A program made the translations under genes and the position numbers. Source: Macrostomum lignano (lineage: Eukaryota). Taken from it: 64,000 nt of DNA. The notes under the pieces were generated by a model that saw only the letters and a program-made list of their open reading frames with translations, was not told the DNA's origin and did no database searches. The DNA lies in NCBI GenBank assembly GCA_002269645.1, contig NIVC01003248.1:1-64000 (forward strand). Reading direction: 5' to 3'. Below are positions 1-12,376 of the stretch, piece after piece; the stretch's first letter is position 1, and the number at the start of each line of letters is the position of its first letter.

Positions 1-78
1 GCGGAGGACATCCTGCGCGGCAGTCTGGGCATTTTGAGAATTCCCGGCGACTACGGCTGCTGTTTTGAGGCCCGCTAG
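1..78 (+). CDS. 3' end of a cytochrome P450 paralog (AEDILRGSLGILRIPGDYGCCFEAR*), gene extends off the left edge
   Basis: Frame 1 translation closely matches the C-terminus of the P450 at 12374 (QEILRGTAGILRLPGDYRLLFEARD*); TAG at 76-78. Confidence 0.75.
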   Translation, partial: AEDILRGSLGILRIPGDYGCCFEAR

Positions 79-1297
79 GTCTGGCGACGTTCTTCGCTGG
101 GCGAGCCGACGTGACGAATGCTGGCTCTGCCAGTCTCGAATTTATTGACTGAACTCAGATTTTCAATAAGTATTATTGCGCAACTCAATGACTCCACGAG
201 TGCAGGTATGTGTGTACCTGGGTTAGGTTGGATCTATTAAACTTTTGCGAGCTTCATTGTGTTTAATTTGGCCATTTTGCACGAGCTGCGGATAAATTAG
301 CCAAGCTAGCTAAACCAGTAGCACACCTAAAAGCGCATTGTGTAACTCCAAAACTATTGACAAAATATACTAGTAAGCATGCATTGTTAAAAATACAAGA
401 GATAAATCAGATAATCTTTTTTCTGACAACATCTCCGTTTTACAAGAAATATTACTGCGGCGAGGGGGGCAGTGCTCAGCGGCATGCCAGCGAGGGCCAA
501 CGCCCAAGGCCCAGAGTGTCATGGATAAATGAATAAACAGGAGATATTTTATACTTAGCCTCCACTTTTCCCCGTGTGTGCATATGCGTGCTCAGGGTCA
601 GCGGAATACACATGTCTGCTTGTCTTCTCTGTCGGCTGTCACTTTTGCTCCCCTTTGAGAACTACATGCATGTGTACTATATTATTACTGCCACGCGAGA
701 AATGTCTAGAAAGATAGCAGAGTGAAACGTAGCACAAAGGCAGGGGGCCTTGTTAGCAGAAGCCTCCCCGAGCAGGCAGGGAAGCTGGGCTCATGGGCAA
801 TCGATCGCTGCTGCATCGCCACTAATCAGGACCGGGGCATCTGATACTTCGCGTAATTGCGGCTTGTCTCCGGTCTGTGAGCAGCTCCGCTCAACAGCCC
901 GCCCACTGGAGCAGCTGCCTGGTGCTCGGAGGGTAAAAGCGACTTTGTCGCAGCTGAGGGCGGCGGAGGCGCTTTTTTACCTCCCTCCCTCTGCATTTCG
1001 AGGAGCCGACTTCGGCTCTCGGAAGCAGCTAATTGGGGCCGCGGCAGTCGGGCTGCTGCAGCGAAGCGCCGAGAGTCAGAGATTTAATTGACAGCGAGTA
1101 CTTTTGAACCGCTCCAGACAGCGGCTGCAACATTGCGGATTTTTCTGGGTTTTTTTCTGGGCCACTTGCATATTGCTAGTTTAGCCAGAGTTGGCAGGTC
1201 AGCATGCAGATGAACCAGCTGATTGCGCCACTCCGGAAGCTAAATAGGACAGCTTATTAATTTCAGTTCTGTTCACAAAGCTGAGGTACATTGCTGT

Positions 1298-1860
1298 GCC
1301 CCAGCTGCACCCACCTCCCCATTGTTTCTTCCCCAGTTATGCGCGGCTCAGCCTGATTGGCTGCCCCTCTCTGGCTGCTCCCCAGCTGCACTCACCTCCT
1401 CCTTCTTTCTGCCACAGTTATGCGCGGCTCAGCCTGATTGGCTGCCCCTCTCTGGCTGCTCCCCAGCTGCACCCACCTCCTCCTTCTTTCTGCCCCAGTT
1501 ATGCGCGGCTCAGCCTGATTGGCTGCCCCTCTCTGGCTGCTCCCCAGCTGCACCCACCTCCTCCTTCTTTCTGCCACAATTATGCGCGGCTCAGCCTGAT
1601 TGGCTGCCCCTCTCTGGCTGCTCCACAGCTGCACCCACCTCCCCATTGTTTCTTCCCCAGTTATGCGCGGCTCAGCCTGATTGGCTGCTTCTCTCTGGCT
1701 GCTCCCCAGCTGCACCCACCTCCTCATTCTTTCTGCCCCAGTTATGCGCGGCTCAGCCTGATTGGCTGCCCCTCTCTGGCTGCTCCCCAGCTGCACTCAC
1801 CTCCCCATTGTTTCTTCCCCAGTTATGCACGGCCCAGCCTAATTAGCTGCTCCTCTCTGC
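1298..1860. repeat. 81-bp minisatellite, about 7 copies
   Basis: Unit ccagctgcacccacctcc...ggctcagcctgattggctgcccctctctggctgctcc; 27-aa periodicity in the ORF track. Confidence 0.95.
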
Positions 1861-2838
1861 TCTACCCCCTTCTCTATCCCTGTGCATTGTCGTGTTTTTC
1901 TATCATAGAGAATCATTGCTACAACAACATAATAATAAATGAAGGGCATCAGACCATTCTATACCCGTAGATAGAGCACCACACGAGGTTGAATAAATAA
2001 GTTATTCTTGGCCATTTAGCAGTTATTAAGTCTCCAGCTGAGTTGGGGAAGTCAGGTAGACTCGTAGCGATGGGAAATCTAATTGCAAATCGGTCCCTGC
2101 GAAGTTCCGAAGCTGTTCGAGTCGACCTCTATTTTATTAATCCTAAGCCAGATCCCCAAGCCCGGGATTTGTCCTAAGCCAGATCAGACTAACCTAACCT
2201 AAGTCAGACTGGAGCCTGAGCTCTCTCGGCAGATTTTAGGATTTGTCAACCGATGCCGGGCATGCAGAGAGGGAGGCGGTGACGGTGAAATTAGCAGCCT
2301 CCGATGAGGCATCCTATCAATGCTAGTGCCGTCTGCAGCGCTCTGACAACATGGCTGGATATAGAAATTTTTTTTATAACTCAACTCAACAGATGCAAAT
2401 GAGACATCTGAGCAGAATGATTGCAAGCACGGGGGAATCTGCTTCAGCCTGGCAAATCTGAGCAGGACCCAAAAAATATGAATTTGTTTTTAGCCCCACA
2501 GCAGGTCTCCTGCGGGCACAGAAGGCAGTGATTAAAAATGAAGAAGACAGCTCGGTGTTAATTATGATTTCCAGTGGGACCGAGCCGCTGATGCTGCGGA
2601 TCAAGCAGAGATTCCATGATTATCATGCAAGACTTTGAACGCCAGCCGGTAATTACAGGATTCCGGCTTTGAGCACTCCCTGTTGCAAGCGACACCTGCA
2701 AATGGCACCTTCGCGCTGCAGGCCGTTGCTATTTTAGCTAACTTAGCGCTGTATATTGAATATTTTTATTCTTTACAGAAAATATTTTTAGCCGAGGCAA
2801 GCAACACTTCAGGCTTGAACTCCTACTTTAAAATGAGA

Positions 2839-3580
2839 GGGCCTCGTATCTGTGCAATGCTAGCCGTCCCCAATGTACAGAGATGGACCTTCTATCTGTG
2901 CAGTGCTAGCCGTCCCCAATGTACAGAGATGGGCCTCCTATCTGTGCAGTGCTAGCCGTCCCCAATGTACAGAATGGACCTTCCTATCTGTGCAGTGCTA
3001 GCCGTCCCCAATGTACAGAGATGGACCTTCTATCTGTGCAGTGCTAGCCGTCCCCAATGTACAGAGATGGACCTTCTATCTGTGCAGTGCTAGCCGTCCC
3101 CAATGTACAGAGATGGACCTTCTATCTGTGCAGTGCTAGCCGTCCCCAATGTACAGAGATGGACCTTCTATCTGTGCAGTGCTAGCCGTCCCCAATGTAC
3201 AAGAAATGGACCTTCTATCTGTGCAGTGCTAGCCGTCCCCAATGTACAGAGATGGACCTTCTATCTGTGCAGTGCTAGCCGTCCCCAATGTACAGAGATG
3301 GACCTTCTGTCTGTGCAGTGCTAGCCGTCCCCAATGTACAGAGATGGACCTTCTATCTGTGCAGTGCTAGCCGTCCCCAATGTACAGAGATGGACCTTCT
3401 ATCTGTGCAGTGCTAGCCGTCCCCAATGTACAGAGATGGACCTTCTATCTGTGCAGTGCTAGCCGTCCCCAATGTACAGAGATGGACCTTCTATCTGTGC
3501 AGTGCTAGCCGTCCCCAATGTACAGAGATGGACCTCCTATCTCTGCAATGCCAACCGTCCCCAATGTACAGAGATGGGTC
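2839..3580. repeat. 46-bp minisatellite, about 16 copies
   Basis: Unit tctatctgtgcagtgctagccgtccccaatgtacagagatggacct; gccgtcccca recurs at 3001 and 3047. Confidence 0.95.
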
Positions 3581-4253
3581 CATTTGAAGAAGGAATAGTA
3601 TGGACTTGGAGATTTTTGGTAGTTGGTTGCCACAGGTAAGCTTTTCCTTGTATTCCTAAAAGCAATATGCATAGGTTATCAGAGCATAGAATAAAATTAT
3701 GAAGGCCTCACGATTTTGCTTGTAGAAATTGTTGGTAAGTGTATGGACAACGATGAGCTGAGCATGGAGTTCTAATAAAAATAGCATCTGGACTGGAGCT
3801 AGACAAATTATTTTTGACGAATTCGCCACAGGGGGGGGCGAAAAGCTCTACGCTCGTATTCGTAAAAGCGTGCATTTGTTGGGTCGGCTACAAATATTTA
3901 TGATACCTGGAAAGCATTAGAAAATGTCATGCTGACAATCTAGTTGTCACAGTCGTCACAGCCACGCCCTACAGTAGTACCTGCTTTGGAAACAACCTTG
4001 CACAGAGAATTGTGCAGCGGAAAGATTGATAAGACTATGATCGTCAAAAAGTGCTTGTTTTTAAAGGCTTTGGGATTCCTCTCCAGATGCTAATTTTAGA
4101 ACTCCATGCTACATTGGTACCTGAGGCGAGACAAATGCGATGGCTACGCCACAACCTCTTTATCTAATTGGCTTTTATCTAACTTGAACAGTCAAAAGAG
4201 CGGACATGAACACAGCTCTTGATGCCCTTCGCGAGTCCTGCACTGGCTTCATT

Positions 4254-4280
4254 GTGAACACCAACAACAACAACAACAGC

Positions 4281-4317
<37 letters not shown>

Positions 4318-4319
4318 GC

Positions 4320-4358
<39 letters not shown>

Positions 4359-4361
4359 AGC

Positions 4362-4404
<43 letters not shown>

Positions 4405-4758
4405 CGTCAGTCAGTCAGCAGACAATGTCACAGGGCGCGTTTTAAGGCCTGGGCGCGAACGTAGACCGCACGCCAGCAGTGTCCGGGACGCCGGCATCAG
4501 ATAGCAGGGCAGTCGATGAAACGCCGAGTGCGCGCCTGTCCCCGCCGGTAGGGTGCCTGCAGCGTCAGCAGCAGCAGCACCTCCTGCACCGGCTGCGAGC
4601 AGTGTGACTCGGCTCGGATGAAATGGGCTGCCAGCTGGAGTCGCCGACGGTGCAGCAGTTCGATGGGACGGGACAGGCCGTTGCGGCGATTGAGTGCCGC
4701 ATTGGTGACTCGCTGGTAGCCGATTTTGAAGGCGGCGCGCAGCACGCTGGTGAACACC
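4254..4758 (-). mobile_element. 5'-truncated non-LTR retrotransposon with (GTT)n tail and 9-bp target-site duplication
   Basis: Minus-strand peptide LRAAFKIGYQRVTNAALNRRNGLSRPIELLHRRRLQLAAHFIRAES resembles the post-RT C-terminus of LINE ORF2 and matches the copy at 39.3-40.1 kb. GTGAACACC occurs at 4254-4262 and 4750-4758. Confidence 0.8.
4263..4403. repeat. (AAC)n microsatellite, the 3' tail of the LINE
   Basis: About 47 AAC units with occasional AGC/AAT variants. Confidence 0.97.
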
Positions 4759-5172
4759 GGATTTCTTTTATTAACGAAGCAATAACCAAAACTGGATAAT
4801 TTCGATGACATCTCGAATAACAATCAAAATTATCGAACTATTTTATTTCGTTCAATAGTACTTTATAAAAAATAAGTTGATTTATTACAAAAAGGTTTGC
4901 ATAGTGATTACCTGAGATAAATGATTAATCATGCGAGAAAAGCAGGCTGAGCAGGAGCGGCAATGGAGGTTCAGCACTTTTATCATAATTTCCCATGTAT
5001 TGTGTGTTCTTATGGGTTCATAAGCTACTCATACCAGTAGCACCTGTTCCAGTTTGCTTCAGTTTGGTGAATCTGGAACACGCTTTGTGTCGCTTTGCTG
5101 ACTATGCGCTCGCACAAGTAGCTGAACCAATAGAAATATTAATTTACTTCACTTTGCGATCTAACGGCCCGC

Positions 5173-8100
5173 TCAGGTGTCCTGGACCTCCCTTGAGCTT
5201 TTCGGCGGCGTCCCCGGAGGGCTGCGGTCGTCCCTGGCACTCTGGGAGCTTCTAGGATTGGTGCCCAGTGGGCTGCTGTCTGGAAAAGATTCGCTGATGT
5301 GCCCGCTGTCCTCCGCCGGGACGAGAATCGCCACGCGGTTAGCAGCGTCGCCGCGTCGGCTGCCTGACCGACCTGGGGTTGCGTTTGGGTGGAGCTTCTG
5401 TTGTGGGTTTTATGAGTTGCAAAAAGACTCAAACTCTCTGAAACTGAGACTCAGACTGAAGATTGAGGCCCCATACCGGAAGCCAGACCCATACCGGAAG
5501 CCAGGCCCAAACCGGAAGCCAGGCCTATACCGGAAGCCAGGCCCATACCGGAAGCCAGGCCTATACCGGAAGCTAGCCCCATACCGGAAGCCAGCCCCAT
5601 ACCGGAAGCCAGTCCCATACCGGAAGCCAGCCCCATACCGGAAGCCAGGCCCATACCGGAAGCCAGGCCCATACCGGAAGCCAGCCCCATACCGGAAGCC
5701 AGTCCCATACCGGAAGCCAGCCCCATACCGGAAGCCAGTCTCATACCGGAAGCCAGCCCCATACCAGCCCCTGACAAACGCACTCTGTATATCCTGAGCG
5801 GTGCCACTTGCAGCTTCAGCTTGCGCAGCAGATGTCACTGGCTGACTTTCATTATCCTGGGCCGAATCGCGTCCGCTGTCGGCCAATCTCGGGTCAAGAA
5901 TTGCAGCTTCCCGGTTCTGAGGGTGCTGATTAACTGGAAATTCAGAAAACACCATGCCGTGGCGACGGTCACTCTCAGTTCCGTTCTGTACATCGCTTGG
6001 TTGATGCGTCTGAAACAGTATTTTGTGTTCGATTCCTGCTTCTGACTCTCGCACTGAAGTATCTTGGGGGTTCGATTCCTGCATCTGACTCTCGCACTGA
6101 AATATCTTGGGGGTTCGATTCCTGCATCTGACTCTCGCACTGAAATATCTTGGGGTTCGATTCCTGCATCTGACTCTCGCACTGAAATATCTTGGGGGTT
6201 CGATTCCTGCATCTGACTCTCGCACTGAAGTACCCAGTGGGACAACTAAGTGGGGCGTACAGTGGGCGGTGTGCGCCCTCGCGACCGCCTGTGAGGGCAG
6301 TCAGTAAATATTTTTATTTTCACTTTAAAATGAAGTATGATCTGATTTTTCAATGAGAAATTGTGATTTTGTAATCGTAATACTTTAATTCGCCTTAATA
6401 AGTACGATCTTCGATCTTTGAAGCATTTCCAACGCCCATAGTCAATCAGCTAACGAATTGACTGCTGCAAATATCGGCTCGGCTCAGCAGAGTCCATATA
6501 GACGCTCTCACCACTGCCTCCTCGTCGCTTTGCTCATCTGACATGTTGACAAGGGGCAGGTGGAAATGATGGCGTCTTGCTTGGCAGTTCAGCGTCTCGG
6601 TTGTATGGAATTACTTAGCGGCTAAAACTGATTAGCTTTTCTGTAAAAGGCTTAGAATTCAAACTGATTTTAAACTTGGAACTAGGTATATAGACCACTA
6701 AGTATATTCTAAGATATATACTCGAAAAAAGAAATTTTTTGCTTGTCAGTGGTAATTTTAGGCTGGGTAGAGAGAGGGGTGCAAGCTACCAATCGCAGTC
6801 CTTTGCTACCGGACGTACGAGGGGCAAAGTGCAGCTGCATATCTATTTTTTACATGTACGAGCGATGCACACTCGCTGGAAAATAACGTACGCCTTGTGA
6901 CTGTGCAGACTTGCGCAGGCTGCCCAACGTCTCTCGCCATTTATGAAATACAGGGTTTTATCTTTTACAAGGTATGACAGAAAGGACTAAGCAAACTAAA
7001 TTGCCAAACCCTCGAAACCAAGACAGCTTCAGCAACTCAAGAATCCTTTTAACTCTTCTTAAACTCCCACTGGAGACTCTGCGTTATTGGTGTCGACACC
7101 CTGGCAACCAGCCTATAAGAGACTCTGGGGCCGCGTCACGAGGTGATAAAAAATTATTTCGAACTGAGAAACGCATTGAAAATTTGAGTATTTAAACAAA
7201 TTTTACATTAACTTTTTTTACATGCAACTTCCTCAACTCCGCGAAGATAACAGACTCCACTGGAGGACTCCATTCGATAACAATTTTGCGCGTGTTGCAG
7301 AAAATCAAGCAAAGTTCTCGTAGGCTATTCATTTAAGAGCACAGCACAAAATTCACGATAAATAAATAATAAATCAAGTGAGTCGCGTGCCCTGGACTGA
7401 ATTGCACCGCAAAAAGTATATTCGAATAATTTTGGTAAAGTAATTGCCGTGGCTTACTTTAGAGCAATAAGGACGTGATGGTCCAAAATCAATGGAGATT
7501 AGATAAGACCATCGTTTCTCTGAATAAAAGTCGCCTTAAACTCGAATAATTATCTAATGTAGAGATTAATAAGCCTCTCCGTTACCCAGTCCAACCAGCG
7601 AGTCCCTCAGTCCTCAACCTCCAGCGAGTTCCTCAGTCCTCAGCCTCCAGCGAGTCCCTCAGTCCTCAGTCCTCAACCTCCAGCGAGTCCCTCAGTCCTC
7701 AGTCCTCAACCTCCAGCGAGTCCCTCAGTCCTCAGTCCTCAACCTCCAGCGAGTCCCTCAGTCCTCAGCCTCCAGCGAGTCCCTCAGTCCTCAGCCTCCA
7801 GCGAGTCCCTCAGTCCTCAGCCTCCAGCGAGTCCCTCAGTCCTCAGCCTCCAGCGAGTCCCTCAGTCCACAGCCTCCAGCGAGTCCCTCAGTCCTCAGCC
7901 TCCAGCGAGTCCCTCAGTCCTCAGCCTCCAGCGAGTCCCTCAGTCCTCAGCCTCCAGCGAGTCCTCAGTCCTCAGCCTCCAGCGAGTCCCTCAGTCCCTC
8001 AGTCCTCAGCCTCCAGCGAGTCCCTCAGTCCTCAACTTCCAGCGAGTCCTTCAGTCCTCAGTCCTCAGCCTCCAGCGAGTCCCTCAGTCCTCAGCCTCCA

Positions 8101-9633
8101 GCGAGTCCCTCAGTCCTCAGCCTCCAGCGAGTCCCTCAGTCCTCAGCCTCCAGCGAGTCCCTCAGTCATCAACCCTCAGTCCTCAACCTCCAGCGAGTCC
8201 TTCAGTCCTCAACCTCCAGCGAGTCCCTCAGTCCTCAGTCCTCAACCTCCAGCGAGTCCTTCAGTCCTCAACCTCCAGCGAGTCCTTCAGTCCTCAACCT
8301 CCAGCGAGTCCTTCAGTCCTCAACCTCCAGCGAGTCCCTCAGTCCTCAGCCTCCAGCGAGTCCCTCAGTCCTCAGCCTCCAGCGAGTCCCTCAGTCCTCA
8401 GCCTCCAGCGAGTCCCTCAGTCCTCAGCCTCCAGCGAGTCCCTCAGTCCTCAGCCTCCAGCGAGTCCTCAGTCCTCAGCCTCCAGCGAGTCCCTCAGTCC
8501 CTCAGTCCTCAGCCTCCAGCGAGTCCCTCAGTCCTCAACTTCCAGCGAGTCCTTCAGTCCTCAGTCCTCAGCCTCCAGCGAGTCCCTCAGTCCTCAGCCT
8601 CCAGCGAGTCCCTCAGTCCTCAGCCTCCAGCGAGTCCCTCAGTCCTCAGCCTCCAGCGAGTCCCTCAGTCCTCAGCCTCCAGCGAGTCCCTCAGTCCTCA
8701 GCCTCCAGCGAGTCCCTCAGTCCTCAGCCTCCAGCGAGTCCCTCAGTCCTCAGCCTCCAGCGAGTCCCTCAGTCCTCAGCCTCCAGCGAGTCCCTCAGTC
8801 ATCAACCCTCAGTCCTCAACCTCCAGCGAGTCCTTCAGTCCTCAACCTCCAGCGAGTCCCTCAGTCCTCAGTCCTCAACCTCCAGCGAGTCCTTCAGTCC
8901 TCAACCTCCAGCGAGTCCTTCAGTCCTCAACCTCCAGCGAGTCCTTCAGTCCTCAACCTCCAGCGAGTCCTTTAGTCCTCAACCTCCAGCGAGTCCTTCA
9001 GTCCTCAACCTCCAGCGAATCCCTCAGTCCGATCCGCGGTGACGTGCCGCCGGCCGGGCTGTCCCGAGCGCTGCGGGGCGACCTCGGCTGGACGCCGGCC
9101 AAGTCTGGATGGGGCTCGGCCGCTTCTTCTAGCAGCTCGACCCCGCTGTCAGCGGAAGAGCGGTCCTGCGCTGCGTCGGAAACAATTCCGTATCGTCTTT
9201 CATCGGCACTTCCGGTCTGGGGCGATTGAACTCCTGGGGCGAGCTGCAAGTTCGGAGCACTGATTAGTTCAGACGGAATTCCATTGCAGACAGAGAATGG
9301 TGGCCAGGCAAATAAGTAGGGGCTTGCAGAATAGCTTACAACCCCAAGCTTTGAGCCAAAAAAGTAGAGACTCAGTGCGTACGAACATTCGTACGAGCGT
9401 GCATAAAATTCACAGAAAAATAAGAACAGACAAACAAGCCCCAGTGGAAAGACAGGAAATACTACAGTATAAAAAGAACTGCGAACTCCCACGCCTGATG
9501 GCGAGCCTGATGTACACAGAGTGGGCATTCGCAATGTTAATATTGTAACGCAGAGTTTTTGCTCAGGACTCACAGGCAACTGCAGTCGGCGTGCGACAGC
9601 ACTCGGTCCTGACTGGGGGTTCTCCTCTGACAT
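5173..9633 (-). CDS. Putative 4-exon orphan gene, about 231 aa, Ser/Pro/Arg/Asp-rich (exons 9633-9574, 9243-9010, 6009-5808, 5372-5173)
   Basis: GC-rich open segments with phase-consistent GT/AG sites (perfect GTGAGT donor at 9573; weaker donors at 9009 and 5807). Exons 2 and 4 share GxxPRSxxSARD and DSG motifs. No recognisable domain. Confidence 0.35.
5468..5770. repeat. 18-bp minisatellite (cccataccggaagccagg), about 16 copies
   Basis: Direct reading; produces the PYRKPG/GFRYGA pseudo-ORFs. Confidence 0.95.
6028..6231 (+). repeat. 42-43-bp tandem repeat, about 5 copies, each carrying a Pol III B-box-like motif (GGTTCGATTCC; first copy TGTTCGATTCC)
   Basis: ttcgattcct recurs at 6071, 6114, 6156 and 6199; followed by a possible SINE body at 6232-6305. 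Confidence 0.85.
7586..9030. repeat. About 26-bp minisatellite (agcgagtccctcagtcctcagcctcc), about 55 copies, with a higher-order block of about 500 bp
   Basis: Direct reading; the rare variant ctcaacttcc recurs at 8031 and 8534. Confidence 0.95.
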
Positions 9634-10446
9634 GCTCAAAAGCACAGCTTTGAGAATGCTTTTGCCTGCAAAATATGGTGTAAAATATGACATTAAAAAG
9701 ACAAATAATTGAATAGGCACTAACTGAAGCGATTGGAGGTGCGAGTAAATCATGCTGGAAATCATGCTGAGTGCAAGCCTCAAGAATCTGTGTGTAAATT
9801 TGGACTGATATAATGAATGTTCACAACAGCCTGATGCAACGACTTTGGCTTCATCGGGTCTCAACTACGAGCCGTAGCGGTAGTGGTATGGCAATTCTTC
9901 CCATTCCGCTGACTTTACCTGAAACTTTACCTGTACGAACTGAAGTCTGCCGAACAATTAACTGAACTGACACATGTGCCGCTTTAATATTAAAGGCAAC
10001 GCAGATGTAGCACAGTGCAAGAGTTTATATGCCTAGTATTTTAACAGGTGCGTACAGTAAGTAGTACACTGTTCGTGTCATGCACTCGCATGTCGCACGC
10101 CCATTGGCTGTGTGCTTCGAATTCAGCGTCAACATCCTTAATTAAGAGTAAGCTAACAGTGATGCGGTAGATATCTGGGGGCGTGATGAATCATTCTATT
10201 TTTGGCGATAACATTGGCGGTAAACACTGCTACGAGGTGCACACGAAGTGAGTTCTAAAGCGTTCGAATTTCTCTGGATTTAGAAGTCAGGCAGTTACAA
10301 CAGTCGGCTCCTTTGCTCAGCACTTGCTCAGGACTCTGTAAAGCCGATGGAGCAAACCAACTTTAGCCACACTAATTGCAGTAGAAATCAACTGATGCTC
10401 AAATCGTCGAAACTCATGCATCATTATCGAGGTAATAATCATTAAT

Positions 10447-10690
10447 TGGAGATCCCATTTATCCAGGTACAAATCTCTAATTAGGTATCCCATCATCCAG
10501 GTAGAAATCTCTAATTAAATATCCCATCATCCAGATAAAAATCTCTAATTAAATATCCCATCATCCAGATAAAAATCTCTAATTAAATATCCCATCATCC
10601 AGGTACAAATCTCTAATTAGGTATCCCAACATCCAGGTAAAAGTCTCTAATTAGAGATCCCCTTCATCCGGGTAAAAATCCGAACTATCG
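10447..10690. repeat. 34-bp minisatellite, about 7 copies (duplicated at 16424-16667)
   Basis: atctctaatt recurs at 10507 and 10541. Confidence 0.85.
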
Positions 10691-11569
10691 ATCCCATTGT
10701 GAAGTTTGCATGCGAGGCTGTGCCTTTATGCTTGTGTTTGTTATTTTATTCCTTCTATTTGGTCACGTGCTCTTTGTACATGGCTCTGTACATTTTAACC
10801 TCTGCCCCTCAGGGGTGATTCGTTTTTACTCTATTCATTATTCTATCGCTGACAATTTATAAAGTGAATGCTTTCGATAAAAAATGCCAAATATACTTCC
10901 TTTACTTTGCCCTACATTCTCAGCCCTTACACCATTTATCCACAAATAGCTACATGTAGTTAGAGATTCCATTTATCCGGGGCACAGTGAAGATTTCGTC
11001 ACTCAGGTGATCATATTTTTACGAGTATATTTTCAAATAATCGATAAAATTATTGGTGATCAGATAGTTGAATGAGTGAGCGCAGTTACTGCGAAACCAG
11101 AACTGAAACTACCAGAGGAAGCTGGAAAGATTTCCTCGAGCTGAATTCACGTCGAAAAAGTTGCCGAAAGGTCGAAACATGGAGAAAAGTCTCAGTGGAT
11201 TTCCTTTAAAAAATAAAAATAGGCACAGTCGGGTAGAAATTCAAGTCCTCATTTTGCGGGATCTAAAACGAGTAGATATGACTGAATAAATGTGAGTAGA
11301 TAACTATGAAGGTCATGTTTAACACACCTTTAAATAGAATACAGTAAGTAGTTAACCGAGCATTCAAAAGTTGCAACTTATCAAAAATTTGGAGTGCTTT
11401 CATGTTAATTTGGCCACTGATGCGCGGCTTTGAGCCCCTCAATACTACTGCAAGTATTTTATAAAGCTCGTATACCGATAGCTTAAAAAGTTCGGATAGC
11501 TTTACTTCAAACAAAAATTCAACGAAACCTAATTATCCAGACCAAGAAACGTTTACCGGTACATTATTT

Positions 11570-12376
11570 CCGCCTGCACCCGCCTCACCTGCATCAGCTC
11601 CACCTGCATCAGTTCCACCTGCACCAGCCCCACCTGCATCAGCTCCAGCTGCATCAGTTCCACCTGCACTAGCTACACCTGCATCAGCTCCACCTGCATC
11701 AGTTCCACCTGCACCAGCCCCACCTGCATCAGCTCCAGCTGCATCAGTTCCACCTGCACTAGCTACACCTGCATCAGCTCCACCTGCATCAGTTCCACCT
11801 GCACCAGCCCCACCTGCATCAGCTCCAGCTGCATCAGTTCCACCTGCACTAGCTACACCTGCATCAGCTCCACCTGCATCAGTTCCACCTGCACCAGCCC
11901 CACCTGCATCAGCTCCAGCTGCATCAGTTCCACCTGCACTAGCTACACCTGCATCAGCTCCACCTGCATCAGTTCCACCTGCACCAGCCCCACCTGCATC
12001 AGCTCCAGCTGCATCAGTTCCACCTGCACCAGCTCCACCTGCACTAGCTCCACCTGCACCAGCTCCACCTGCACCAGCTCCACCTGCACCAGCCCCACCT
12101 GCATCAGCTCCAGCTGCATCAGTTCCACCTGCACCAGCTCCACCTGCACTAGCTCCACCTGCACCAGCTCCACCTGCACCAGCTCCACCTGCACCAGCTC
12201 CAGCTGCATCAGTGCTACCTACACCAGCTCCAGCTGCATCAGTGCTACCTGCACCAGCTCCACCTGCATTAGTTCCACCTGCACCAGCTCCACCTGCACC
12301 AGCTCCACCTGCACCAGCTCCACCTGCACCAGCTCCACCTGCACCAGCTCCACCTGCACCAGCTCCACCTGCATCA
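11570..12376. repeat. 15-bp VNTR (ccacctgcaccagct) starting at the stop codon of CYP copy 1
   Basis: Direct reading; reads as GAGAG on the minus strand and PAPAP on the plus strand. Confidence 0.95.

Noticed and set aside
4175-4445. Poly-Leu and poly-Asn ORFs
   Set aside because: Translations of the (AAC)n LINE tail.
6232-6305. Hammerhead ribozyme in the putative SINE body, as in schistosome SM-alpha
   Set aside because: No CTGANGA...GAAA core present.
12371-12376. Selenocysteine or stop-codon readthrough at the CYP TGA
   Set aside because: The paralog at 1-78 stops at the equivalent position with TAG; no SECIS-like structure recognised.
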